NCBI GenBank assembly: GCA_050948665.1
Contig: JBMNEH010000001.1
Location: forward strand, 1,723,813 to 1,787,812
DNA from: Christensenellales bacterium
GTDB lineage: Bacteria; Bacillota; Clostridia; Christensenellales; UMGS416
Direction of reading: 5' to 3'
Length of the DNA: 64,000 nt
The notes under the pieces were generated by a model. It saw only the letters and a program-made list of their open reading frames with translations, made no database searches and was not told the origin of the DNA. Within the stretch, counting starts at the first letter, position 1; the number at the start of each line of letters is the position of its first letter. The translations under genes were made by a program, and so were the position numbers. Positions 17,307 to 26,846 of this stretch are shown here, in pieces.

Positions 17307-17862
17307 ACGTTCTTCCCTTTCTTAAATTTCTTGCAAAAACGGATATTCACATTACTCTGATTTCTTTATAATGATGCGACTATTTCGTCGCATCAGAAGC
17401 CACCGATCTTTACAAAATCACTTTGCAATATGGTTATTTACCATATCTTTTTTATATCCCCAACAACCAACATTTTCCGGAGTTTTCGAACAGCTGACTG
17501 CTCTAAAGGCACTCCTCCCGATAAACCAAATGTATCCCACCGCTTGCAGGTCACTAATTTTCTGTCTTTTAGCCAAGCCTAACAGCGCTTAGAAGCATTG
17601 TATGTTATTTTAACACAAGCTCTGACAAGTTGCTACACATAATCGAGCCGCCGCATGATTTGTTATAGGACTTTGGGGAATGGCTCGCATCTTCAACCAA
17701 ACAGCAGTTTCGATATTCGTTTGCATTTCACGTCTTTCCCCCGCCGGAAATTCCGCACAAACTGCACTGAGATCCCCACCGGTTCGTATATCTTCCGGCT
17801 TTTATACGGCAGGAGTTGCCGCAATTTCATCGAAATTACGATATGGAACGGAGGGGTTCAGC

Positions 17863-18852
17863 ATGTATGATATTTTAAATCAACCGATACAGATAGGCAA
17901 GCTAACCATTAAAAACAGGATCGTGATGGCACCTATGGTTGTTTTCCACAAGAAGAACGATGACGGGTTCGTCACTCCGGAGTATGTTCGTCATTATCTT
18001 ACTCGTGCAGAAGCCGGTGTTGGGCTGATTATATGTGAAGCCACCTGTATTGCCCCTGAGGGGCGTCTTTTACCGTATCAACTGGGGCTTTGGACGGATG
18101 AGCAGATCCCAGGCTTTGGCCATATCGCCGATGCTTGTCATGTAAACGGAGCCGCAATGGTTATACAGATCCATCATTCGGGTAGAACCGTACATCCGTC
18201 GGTTTCTTCCGCTCCGGTTGGTCCTGTTTCGGAGATCCATAAAGACAGGCAGATCTCAGCCCTCTCTGAGGAGGGCATTGAGACCCTCATCGATGGCTTT
18301 GCCCAAGCTGCGCGCCGGGCTGCAGAGGCGGGTGCTGACGGAGTGGAACTCCATGGTTGTCACGGATATATGATCAACCAGTTTACAGATCCGGGAACAA
18401 ACACGCGGGAGGATAAGTGGGGTGGCTCTTTTGAGAACCGGATGCGCTTTCCGCGGCGTATTGTGGAAGCGATCCGGAAGGCAACTCCTGAGGATTTTCT
18501 TGTGACAGTTCGTATGCCCGGCGGAGATCCGGATACGGCAGAGGGCTGTGCATTGGCCGACGCGTATATGGATATGGGCATTCAAGCATTAAATGTGTCC
18601 TTCGGTATCTGCTCCCCTCCAGCTCCTCCGGATGATTTTCCGGGTATAGGGCAAGCATGGTTGGGCGCCTCTATCGCAGCGCATGTGCAGCACCGCCTTC
18701 CGGTGATAGCTGTAGGACAGTTGGACGACTACACCGTGGCGGAAGCCATGGTAAAGGATTGGGATCTGGATATGGTTTGTATCGCCCGCGGATTATTGAA
18801 GGATCCCGGCTGGGCCAGAGCGATAACCGGGTCCGTCAAAATATCAGAATAA
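17863..18852 (+). CDS. NADH:flavin oxidoreductase (Old Yellow Enzyme family)
   Basis: MYDILNQPIQIGKLTIKNRIVMAPMV..., HGCHGYMINQF. ATG 17863 follows GGAACGGAGGGG. The 61 upstream codons of the track ORF look non-coding. Confidence 0.85.
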   Translation: MYDILNQPIQIGKLTIKNRIVMAPMVVFHKKNDDGFVTPEYVRHYLTRAEAGVGLIICEATCIAPEGRLLPYQLGLWTDEQIPGFGHIADACHVNGAAMVIQIHHSGRTVHPSVSSAPVGPVSEIHKDRQISALSEEGIETLIDGFAQAARRAAEAGADGVELHGCHGYMINQFTDPGTNTREDKWGGSFENRMRFPRRIVEAIRKATPEDFLVTVRMPGGDPDTAEGCALADAYMDMGIQALNVSFGICSPPAPPDDFPGIGQAWLGASIAAHVQHRLPVIAVGQLDDYTVAEAMVKDWDLDMVCIARGLLKDPGWARAITGSVKISE

Positions 18853-18956
18853 ATTCTCTGCAGGAAGAATGATAAACGGCTCTCTCTATAAAAATGAAAG
18901 ATTCTGTTTATTACTTGACATTTTATGAAGACGCCGTTATAATACACTTCTGTCGG

Positions 18957-19033
18957 GCGCCATTAGCTCAGCTGGATAGAGCGTTTGGCTACGGACTAAA
19001 AGGCCGGGGGTTCGAATCCCTCATGGCGCGCCA
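18957..19033 (+). tRNA. tRNA-Arg (anticodon ACG)
   Basis: Manual cloverleaf. Acceptor GCGCCAT/ATGGCGC, D-arm GCTCAGCTGGATAGAGC, anticodon stem TTTGG/CTAAA with loop CTACGGA, T-arm GGGGGTTCGAATCCCTC, encoded GCCA 3' end. Confidence 0.9.
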
Positions 19034-19038
19034 GGAAG

Positions 19039-19068
19039 CTCCGGAATTCGTAATTCCGGAGTTTGCTT
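19039..19068 (+). terminator. Hairpin terminator after the tRNA
   Basis: CTCCGGAATT / AATTCCGGAG stem followed by TTTGCTTT. Confidence 0.5.
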
Positions 19069-19349
19069 TATATCGATGTGATTTCGCGCGCAGGATATCG
19101 GATATTGCGCAGGTAGCAAGCAGGCATTTCTCTTGAACCGGACGCTGCATTTCTTTGTATTAAAAGGGGCGGCTTCTCATGTCATTTGTCAATACATTAT
19201 AAATGTTGTCAGAACACGTGCTTTTATGAGCATTTTTGCCGGGAGTCCACATCATTACACATATTGCTTAAAGGCTTTGTTCATATTTTCTTAACACAAG
19301 GCGCTATGAGATGTGATAAAATGACTAAAGCACTAAAGGAGGATATCCA

Positions 19350-20291
19350 ATGATTCGAGTTGAGAATGTGACAAAACGGTTCGGTAGTAAACTGGCCGTG
19401 GATAATGTCACCTTCCAGGTGAAAGAGGGCGAAGTTGTCGGCTTCTTGGGGCGAAACGGAGCCGGGAAAACCACCACGATGAACATTATCACAGGGTATA
19501 TTTCTTCTACCTCCGGTTCGGCGAAGGTGGACGGTTATGATATCCTGAAAAACCCCATGGAAGTTAAGCGCCGTATCGGTTATCTGCCGGAGCAGCCTCC
19601 TGTCTACATGGATATGACGGTGAACGAGTATCTGCGTTTTGTCTGTGACATTAAACATGTTCCGGGCAGGGACCAGGAAAAACACATCGCCACGGTATGT
19701 GACAGGGTCGGCATCCAGCATATGCGCAAACGGCTGATAAAAAACCTTTCCAAGGGATATAAGCAGCGGACCGGCCTAGCGCAGGCGCTTGTAGGCAAAC
19801 CCAAGGTGTTGATCCTCGACGAGCCTACCGTCGGTCTGGATCCGCGGCAGATCATCGAGATCCGTCAGTTGATTCGTGAGCTGGGAGAAAGCCACACTGT
19901 TATCCTGTCCAGTCATATCCTCCATGAAGTTGCTGATACCTGTCAGCGGGTCATTATTATCGACCAAGGCAGAATTGTAGCACAGGACACCTTGTCAAAC
20001 CTGGCAAATGACGTTAACGATGTTGCTCGGCTTATGATTCGTGTACAGGGTGGTGACCAGGCGGTCCGTACGGCTATTCACAACCTGAAAGGCGTCAGGT
20101 ATGTGGAGTCTCTAGGTGCCAAAGAACCGAACACCTGTGATTACCTCGTTGAGTGCTCCCAACGCGGGGATGCAAGAGCAGATATCTTCCGTACGCTGTC
20201 TCGTATGAATCGCCCCCTGCTTATGATGAAGCCTATGGATGTCACGCTGGAGGATATCTTCCTGCAATTAACTTCCGAGGGAGGAAACTGA
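19350..20291 (+). CDS. ABC transporter ATP-binding protein (GldA-like, ABC-2 type)
   Basis: Walker A GRNGAGKTT, signature LSKGYKQR and Walker B LILDEPTVGLD. AAGGAGG SD. Confidence 0.9.
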   Translation: MIRVENVTKRFGSKLAVDNVTFQVKEGEVVGFLGRNGAGKTTTMNIITGYISSTSGSAKVDGYDILKNPMEVKRRIGYLPEQPPVYMDMTVNEYLRFVCDIKHVPGRDQEKHIATVCDRVGIQHMRKRLIKNLSKGYKQRTGLAQALVGKPKVLILDEPTVGLDPRQIIEIRQLIRELGESHTVILSSHILHEVADTCQRVIIIDQGRIVAQDTLSNLANDVNDVARLMIRVQGGDQAVRTAIHNLKGVRYVESLGAKEPNTCDYLVECSQRGDARADIFRTLSRMNRPLLMMKPMDVTLEDIFLQLTSEGGN

Positions 20292-20292
20292 T

Positions 20293-21003
20293 ATGTATGC
20301 TGTTTGGAAAAGGGAGATGCTGGCTTACTTTTTGTCTCCAATCGCCTATGTCATTATCGGAGTGTTTATGGCGGTTGCCGGTTTGTTCTTCACCACCACA
20401 AACCTCTTGAGCCAAAGTGCGGAGTTCAATGCCACACTGAGCAACATTACCTTTATCTTTATACTGATCGTGCCGGTTATAACCATGCGCCTTCTTTCAG
20501 AGGAAAGGAAGAATAAAACAGACCAACTTCTCCTTACTGCCCCGGTTTCCCTGACCCGTATTATTATGGGAAAGTACCTGGCCGCCCTGACTGTATTTGC
20601 GATCACACTCGTTTTCTCCTTTGTGTATCCCCTTTGCCTGGCTATCAAGGGCAGCCCTGCTTTCGGTGAGATTTTTGCCGGGTATGTGGGCTTCTTCCTT
20701 CTGGGTGCGGCGTTGATCTCGTTAGGGCTTTTCATGTCTTCCATTACCGAGAATCAGGTAACCGCCGCTATTGCCTCCTTCGGTACAATATTGTTGTTGT
20801 GGCTCATCAATTCCATCACGAACTCTCTGGATTCTCAGTGGCTTGTCACAGTGTTGAATTGGCTCAGCGTATACGACCGATATACAGAGTTTACTGCAGG
20901 GCTTATCGGCCTTGCGCCCATAATCTACTATATCAGCTTTTCCGGCGTGTTTATCTTTCTTACAATTCGTGCCGTTGAAAAGAGAAGGTGGAGTGAAGCA
21001 TAA
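20293..21003 (+). CDS. ABC-2 family permease (GldF-like)
   Basis: 236-aa six-TM-like protein that starts 1 nt after the ATPase stop. Confidence 0.82.
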   Translation: MYAVWKREMLAYFLSPIAYVIIGVFMAVAGLFFTTTNLLSQSAEFNATLSNITFIFILIVPVITMRLLSEERKNKTDQLLLTAPVSLTRIIMGKYLAALTVFAITLVFSFVYPLCLAIKGSPAFGEIFAGYVGFFLLGAALISLGLFMSSITENQVTAAIASFGTILLLWLINSITNSLDSQWLVTVLNWLSVYDRYTEFTAGLIGLAPIIYYISFSGVFIFLTIRAVEKRRWSEA

Positions 21004-22487
21004 TGTCTCAGCCGAATAATAAGCCCGGAAAAGAAAACCCGCGCATATCCAAGAAAACCTTACTGTACGGAGGTTATTCCGTGCTTACGATCATTGTGGT
21101 ACTTGCGCTGGTGATTTTGATCAATGTAGGTATTACCGCTCTGGATAATAAGTTTAACCTGAAACTCGACTTAACTGACAGCCGTCTCTATACCATCACA
21201 GATCAAACGGTAAAAGTAGTAGAAGGTCTGAAGGATGATGTGTATATATACACATTATACGTCACCGGAAACGAGAACAGCGTCGTTCAGGAAATCGCAA
21301 ATCGCTATAAGGCCATGAGCAGCCATGTCCATGCGGAGAATGTGGATCCTAATAAAAACCCCACTTTCCTGAAAGATTTCCAAACCAGCAGCACCACGCT
21401 GTCTGCCGGCTCCATTATCGTTTCAAACGCTGCCAAGACCCGTTTTACCGTCATTAAACCTAATGATTTATACACCTATGACGACAAAGGGAATGTAACC
21501 TCCATCAACGTAGAGGCTAAGCTGACCAGCGGCATTATGTATGTGACCAAGGAAGATATTGCCAAGGTGTATATGATCACCGGCCACGGTGAGCCTACAT
21601 CCAACGATGAAACCGGCCCCGCTTTGATGACGATTCTTCAGAATAACAATTACGACGTATCCTGGCTGGATTTAAATACCTTTGACGGCACCTTGCAGCC
21701 CAAAGATATTATCCTTATGATCTATCCTACCTCCGATCTGTCCGACGCCCAACGTCAGGTAATGAAAGATTTCCTTACCTCCGGCGGTCGTATGGTGATG
21801 GCTCTTTCCCCTGTTTACATTGATAAGCAACCCAATATTCAGTCTTTATTGCAATATTACGGTGTGACGATGCACTCCGATGTGGTAATCGAGCGCAACC
21901 GCGATAACTACTTCATGAATCAGCAGCTGTATTTGGTACCGAACTATGAGAAGCACGAAATTGTAAATACCTTCTCCTCCCGGGGTTTTTCTCTGGTGAT
22001 GCCAATATCAGGTTATCTGACTACGCAGGATCTTGCAGTGAATACCACGATTCAAATCAAGCCGCTGCTGACCACCTCATCTACCGCTTTTGCTACGTTA
22101 AACACCAGTTCCACAACCACCATGCAGCCTTCCGAAGGTGATAATACTTCCGGTTCCTTCGTAGTCGGCTACTCTATACTCGATCATAAGGGCGAAGATA
22201 ATGAGGTTCGGTTAACTGTATACAGCAGTTCCAGCCTTTTCACTTCCATCGCCATGAGTGCAAATATCTCCTCGTATGCGAATGAAGACCTTCTTTTGAA
22301 TTCCATCAGCTGGGTCATGGGTGATGAGGATAGCATTTATATCCGCGGTAAGAGCAACGTAAGCAAACTCATTTATTTCTCGAATGCCACGGAGCTTTAT
22401 ACGATGATCATTATCGTTTGGCCGGTGCTGACACTCCTGTTCTTTATGGCTGGGTTTGTTGTATACCTGCGCCGTAAGAACCTGTAA
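21003..22487 (+). CDS. GldG-family ABC transporter auxiliary protein
   Basis: 494 aa with N- and C-terminal TM anchors around a large extracytoplasmic domain. TAATG overlap with the permease gene. Confidence 0.75.
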   Translation: MSQPNNKPGKENPRISKKTLLYGGYSVLTIIVVLALVILINVGITALDNKFNLKLDLTDSRLYTITDQTVKVVEGLKDDVYIYTLYVTGNENSVVQEIANRYKAMSSHVHAENVDPNKNPTFLKDFQTSSTTLSAGSIIVSNAAKTRFTVIKPNDLYTYDDKGNVTSINVEAKLTSGIMYVTKEDIAKVYMITGHGEPTSNDETGPALMTILQNNNYDVSWLDLNTFDGTLQPKDIILMIYPTSDLSDAQRQVMKDFLTSGGRMVMALSPVYIDKQPNIQSLLQYYGVTMHSDVVIERNRDNYFMNQQLYLVPNYEKHEIVNTFSSRGFSLVMPISGYLTTQDLAVNTTIQIKPLLTTSSTAFATLNTSSTTTMQPSEGDNTSGSFVVGYSILDHKGEDNEVRLTVYSSSSLFTSIAMSANISSYANEDLLLNSISWVMGDEDSIYIRGKSNVSKLIYFSNATELYTMIIIVWPVLTLLFFMAGFVVYLRRKNL

Positions 22488-22502
22488 CCGAAAGGAAGCA
22501 CC

Positions 22503-24026
22503 ATGGACAAAAAGAAAGTTAAGCTCCTTGTTATTCTCAGTTCCATCGTAGTGGTGTTGGGCATTGCTCTGGCGATTGCTCTCCCCATATTGAACCGTGA
22601 AGTTGTTGTCGATCCTGTCAAAGAGTATACCGCCGCCACTGAAGGCAAAACGCTCAGTAACCGTACTTCGACCGAAGTAGAGAAGATGATCCTGACGAAT
22701 AAAAACGGCGTGTTCACCTTCTGTCGAGATGCCGGTACCCGTGACTGGTATTGGGAAGAAGATCCGAGTTATGCTGTATATCAAAGTGCGATTGACGCAT
22801 TGGCCAAATACACCGCCCATGTATACGGTGTCGAAATCATTGCGGAGAATAAGGACGATTTATTTTCCTTCGGCCTGCTGGAACCTGCTGCTAGCTGCTA
22901 TACTCTGTTCACCGACGGGCAGGAAATCAATGTATATATCGGCGATATGGCCCCTGTCGGCAATTCCTATTATGTCATGACGGACAGCAGTGAGAAGATC
23001 GTACGCTGCGTAACTTCCAACGTATCTCCCTTTCTGATGAATAAAACCAGTATCCACGACCGCCCTTCTTTGGCCCTGGAACAGCAGGGTTTGAATCAGA
23101 TCGAAGTTATCGAGGCGGGCGAGGAAAAGTTTTCTTTGGAGTACAAGGAAGCCTCCGAAAACCTGACCATCTATAACTGGCAGATCACTTATCCCTTCGT
23201 AACCGATTGTGACAGTGATGTGTTGGAGAACATATTGTCAAACATGTCCTCTCTAACCATCAGCGAAACAGTAGACAGCGGAAATGTGGATTTATCCATG
23301 TACGGACTGGCAGAGGATCAACGCACAGAGGTCACGTTCCGTTATAGCACAGGGTTTGCGAAAACCATCTATTACGGCAATTTGACGGAAGATGGTGCCC
23401 ACCGCTACCTTACCGTACCGGATGACGATGGCGTATATACCATTGCGGCAGAATTGCTGGACTTCATCAACATCAGTCCCGCTTCCGCAGCAGGCCGCCT
23501 GCTGGCGCCCATCTTTGTATACAACGTGGAGAAGGTGATTTTTGATGCGCTGGGTGAGTCCGCCGAAATTGAGGTTACCAATACCGTAATGCTTGAAAAA
23601 GATGGCTCGGAACGTATCGATTCCAGCGGAGAACTGGTTTATGAGCAGAGCTATAAATTGGACGGTAAAGATATACAGCGAGCTGCCGCCGTAACCTGGT
23701 ATAAGACCGCCCTGTACATCAAGGTACACAGTATCCTTCCCGAGAACGCGATTGCCGACGATGCCGAGGCGATTGGATATCTGAAATATGTGTTAAACGA
23801 CCGGGTCGACGCAGACGAAGTTCTGCTGGAGTTTGTCCCTTTCGGGTATGACTACTACGCTCTCCGTGTAAACGGTGTCTGTTATTTCAGCATTTTACGG
23901 GAGGATGTACAGGCTATCGCCGATAATCTGGTCGCTCTCCGTAAAGGTGAACTTGACAAGGAGGAAACCATTCCCTTCTCCGAAAGAGAAAATAGCAACG
24001 CCGATGAGACCGGGAACGGCACTTGA
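22503..24026 (+). CDS. DUF4340-like membrane-anchored protein
   Basis: 507 aa with an N-terminal TM anchor (LLVILSSIVVVLGIALAIALPIL). It sits at the position that usually follows GldG-like genes. Confidence 0.65.
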   Translation: MDKKKVKLLVILSSIVVVLGIALAIALPILNREVVVDPVKEYTAATEGKTLSNRTSTEVEKMILTNKNGVFTFCRDAGTRDWYWEEDPSYAVYQSAIDALAKYTAHVYGVEIIAENKDDLFSFGLLEPAASCYTLFTDGQEINVYIGDMAPVGNSYYVMTDSSEKIVRCVTSNVSPFLMNKTSIHDRPSLALEQQGLNQIEVIEAGEEKFSLEYKEASENLTIYNWQITYPFVTDCDSDVLENILSNMSSLTISETVDSGNVDLSMYGLAEDQRTEVTFRYSTGFAKTIYYGNLTEDGAHRYLTVPDDDGVYTIAAELLDFINISPASAAGRLLAPIFVYNVEKVIFDALGESAEIEVTNTVMLEKDGSERIDSSGELVYEQSYKLDGKDIQRAAAVTWYKTALYIKVHSILPENAIADDAEAIGYLKYVLNDRVDADEVLLEFVPFGYDYYALRVNGVCYFSILREDVQAIADNLVALRKGELDKEETIPFSERENSNADETGNGT

Positions 24027-24040
24027 TCCTGCCTGCATAT

Positions 24041-24073
24041 GACCGCAGAGAAAAATTCTCTGCGGTCTTTTCT
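24041..24073 (+). terminator. Rho-independent terminator
   Basis: GACCGCAGAG (24041-50) pairs with CTCTGCGGTC (24058-67), then TTTTCT. Confidence 0.6.
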
Positions 24074-24169
24074 ATCTCCGGAATTCATGATTACCCTGTC
24101 CGGGATAGTTATAGGGTCAACTGGCGTCGTTACTATGCCTGTGATACAATAAATTTGGGAGGAAATGGT

Positions 24170-24871
24170 ATGAAAATCGCTGTGTGGGCTTCTCCCCGGG
24201 CTTTGACCCAGCCGCCTAAGGGTGTTTGCCTGGTACTGGATGTGCTACGCGCAACCACGGTTATGCTAACAGCGCTGGAAAACGGTGCCGCATGGATACG
24301 CCCGGTATCTGAAACAGAAGAGGCTTTGAAGCTCGCCGAATCGGCCGGCCTCGGTCCGCTGTTAGGGGGAGAACGGAATGCGCTGAAGATCCCTGGTTTT
24401 GATTTCGGTAATTCTCCTCTGGAATATACCAGCGAACGCGTAGCCGGGCGCGGTATCGTGATGACTACTACAAACGGCACACGGGCCTTTGGTGCCTGCA
24501 GTGAAGCGGAGCAGGTGTATGCCGTATGCATGCGAAATGCCGCCTCCGGCGCAAAAGCGCTGTCCCGGAGTACAGAGGGCCATATTCTTTGCGCCGGGAA
24601 CGCAGGCCGCTTTACCTTGGAAGATGGTTTATGCGCCGGCGCAATACTGGACAAACTGCCGGATGTCCAGCCCGACGACCTTGGACAGGCTATGCTGACC
24701 CTTTACAGAGCGCATAGGAAGGATTTGTTCTCTCTGCTGAGAACTACCGCCCATACCGGGAGACTGCTGTCACTGGGAATGGAGGACGATATTAGGTTCT
24801 GTTTGGAAGAGGACGCCTCCTCCGCCCTACCGATATTGATAAACGGGCTATTAAACTTGACAGCCCCGTAG
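24170..24871 (+). CDS. 2-phosphosulfolactate phosphatase (ComB) family protein
   Basis: MKIAVWASP...LVLDVLRATTVM...GGERN...GFDFGNSP...MTTTNGT. ATG 24170 follows GGGAGGAAA. Confidence 0.78.
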   Translation: MKIAVWASPRALTQPPKGVCLVLDVLRATTVMLTALENGAAWIRPVSETEEALKLAESAGLGPLLGGERNALKIPGFDFGNSPLEYTSERVAGRGIVMTTTNGTRAFGACSEAEQVYAVCMRNAASGAKALSRSTEGHILCAGNAGRFTLEDGLCAGAILDKLPDVQPDDLGQAMLTLYRAHRKDLFSLLRTTAHTGRLLSLGMEDDIRFCLEEDASSALPILINGLLNLTAP

Positions 24872-24914
24872 CAGTCGGATAAAATGGGACAGTCGACCAG
24901 ATAAGGAGGTCATT

Positions 24915-26846
24915 ATGAACAAGCCAACCTTTTATATCACGACCCCGATCTATTATCCCAGCAATAATCTGCATATCGGTAACGCCTACACCACTGTTGC
25001 GGCGGATACAATGGCCAGATACAAGCGTATGCGGGGTTTCGATACATACTTTCTTACAGGCACCGACGAACACGGGCAGAAGATCGAGCGTAAAGCCGCA
25101 GAAATGGGTATTGCACCCCAAGCCTTTGTAGATGAGATCGTGGAAGGTATACAGCGGCTGTGGAAGCTGATGGATATCTCCAATGACGATTTTATACGTA
25201 CTACCGAACCCCGCCATGAAGCCGTGGTTCAAAAGGTTTTCAAGCAGCTTTACGACCAGGGTAACATCTATAAGGGGCATTATGAGGGTTGGTACTGTAC
25301 ACCATGCGAAAGCTTTTTTACGATAACGCAACTCAAAGACGGAAACTGTCCCGATTGCGGCCGCCCTGTTGAGTTGGCAAAGGAGGAAGCTTATTTCCTG
25401 CGGCTATCTAAATATCAGGATTGGCTGATGGAACATATTGAAACCCATCCTGAGTTCATACAACCGGACAGCCGCGCTAACGAGATGGTTCAGAACTTCA
25501 TCAAGCCCGGTCTGGAGGATTTATGCGTTTCCCGCACCTCTTTTAACTGGGGTGTTCCTGTAGAGTTTGACCCAAAGCACGTTGTCTACGTTTGGGTAGA
25601 TGCGTTGACCAACTACATCTCCGCTCTGGGTTGGGGCAGTGATGACGACAGTCTCTACCGGAAATACTGGCCTGCGGACATTCATCTGGTGGGCAAAGAA
25701 ATTGTCCGTTTCCATACGATCATATGGCCGATCATGCTTCATATACTCGGATTGCCCCAGCCCAAGCAGATTTACGGTCACGGTTGGCTGCTGGGTGTCT
25801 CCGGTGATAAAATATCAAAGTCCAAAGGCAACTGTGTGGATCCGGTGATCCTTTGTGACCGTTACGGTGTGGACGCCATACGATATTACCTGTTACGTGA
25901 AATGCCATTCGGTTCTGATGGCATGTTCTCCAATGAATCGCTTGTGAACCGGATAAACGCCGATTTGGCTAATGATTTGGGCAATTTGGTCCACCGTACC
26001 GTCGCGATGATTGAAAAATACTTTGGCGGCGTTATTCCCGCACCGAAAGAGGCAGGCGAAGCGGATGCCGCTTTCAAAGCTATGGCAGAAGCCCTTCCTG
26101 GCAAGTATGCTGAAGACATGGATCAAATGCGTTTCTCTAATGCGCTGGTGTCGGTCTGGGCCTTTGTCGGGCAGTGTAATAAATATATCGACCAGACCAC
26201 CCCCTGGGTGCTGGCCAGAGATCCCGGCAAGCAAATGCGCCTCGGTACAGTTTTATACAATCTGGCGGAGGGCATTCGCATACTTGCCGTTCTCATCTCC
26301 CCTTGCATGACACGCACACCGGAAAAGATTTTTTTGCAGTTGGGTATTGATCCTACTGTCCAAGTCTGGGATTCCATTCAGCAGTTCGGTGGGCTGGTGC
26401 CCGGCAGTCGTGTAGCGCCTCAACCGGCGTTATTCCCCCGCCGGGATGTAGTGGAGGAACTTGAGGCGCTGACGCCTCCTCCTGCTGTACCGGAGAAAGC
26501 TATGGCTCCGATGAAGCCCGAAATCACATATAATGATTTCGCAAAACTGGATTTACGGGTAGCAAAGGTGATCGCCGCAGAGGAAATTAAAAAATCCGAT
26601 AAATTGCTGCAGCTGACGTTAAAAGTGGGTACCGAACAACGTACCGTTGTCAGCGGTATAAAAGAACACTACAGCGCAGCCGAGATGGTGGGAAAACAGG
26701 TCATTCTTGTCTATAATTTAAAACCCGCAAAACTGCGCGGCATACTCTCTGAAGGAATGATACTCTGTGCCACGGATGATGAGGCAGGTACCTTAAAGTG
26801 CCTGACAGTCGAGCAGGGTATGGAGGACGGAGACAGTATCAGCTGA
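24915..26846 (+). CDS. metG: Methionine--tRNA ligase
   Basis: The HIGN (HIGH) motif and KISKS (KMSKS) motif, Zn knuckles CTPCE/CPDCG, and a C-terminal tRNA-binding (EMAP-like) domain. Confidence 0.95.
   Translation: MNKPTFYITTPIYYPSNNLHIGNAYTTVAADTMARYKRMRGFDTYFLTGTDEHGQKIERKAAEMGIAPQAFVDEIVEGIQRLWKLMDISNDDFIRTTEPRHEAVVQKVFKQLYDQGNIYKGHYEGWYCTPCESFFTITQLKDGNCPDCGRPVELAKEEAYFLRLSKYQDWLMEHIETHPEFIQPDSRANEMVQNFIKPGLEDLCVSRTSFNWGVPVEFDPKHVVYVWVDALTNYISALGWGSDDDSLYRKYWPADIHLVGKEIVRFHTIIWPIMLHILGLPQPKQIYGHGWLLGVSGDKISKSKGNCVDPVILCDRYGVDAIRYYLLREMPFGSDGMFSNESLVNRINADLANDLGNLVHRTVAMIEKYFGGVIPAPKEAGEADAAFKAMAEALPGKYAEDMDQMRFSNALVSVWAFVGQCNKYIDQTTPWVLARDPGKQMRLGTVLYNLAEGIRILAVLISPCMTRTPEKIFLQLGIDPTVQVWDSIQQFGGLVPGSRVAPQPALFPRRDVVEELEALTPPPAVPEKAMAPMKPEITYNDFAKLDLRVAKVIAAEEIKKSDKLLQLTLKVGTEQRTVVSGIKEHYSAAEMVGKQVILVYNLKPAKLRGILSEGMILCATDDEAGTLKCLTVEQGMEDGDSIS

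Noticed and set aside
12831-17449. The 10-mer ATAACCATAT (12831-12840) recurs in inverted orientation at 17440-17449, flanking zupT and the nuclease-helicase like terminal inverted repeats
   Set aside because: A 10-nt inverted match is expected many times by chance in 64 kb. There is no extended similarity beyond the 10-mer, no target-site duplication and no transposase.
17680-17862. 61-codon N-terminal extension of the Old Yellow Enzyme gene, plus ORFs 17371-17592 and 17655-17870
   Set aside because: The family-typical N-terminus begins at ATG 17863, which has a GGAGGGG SD. The extension is low-complexity, has no SD, and overlaps AT-rich spacer sequence.
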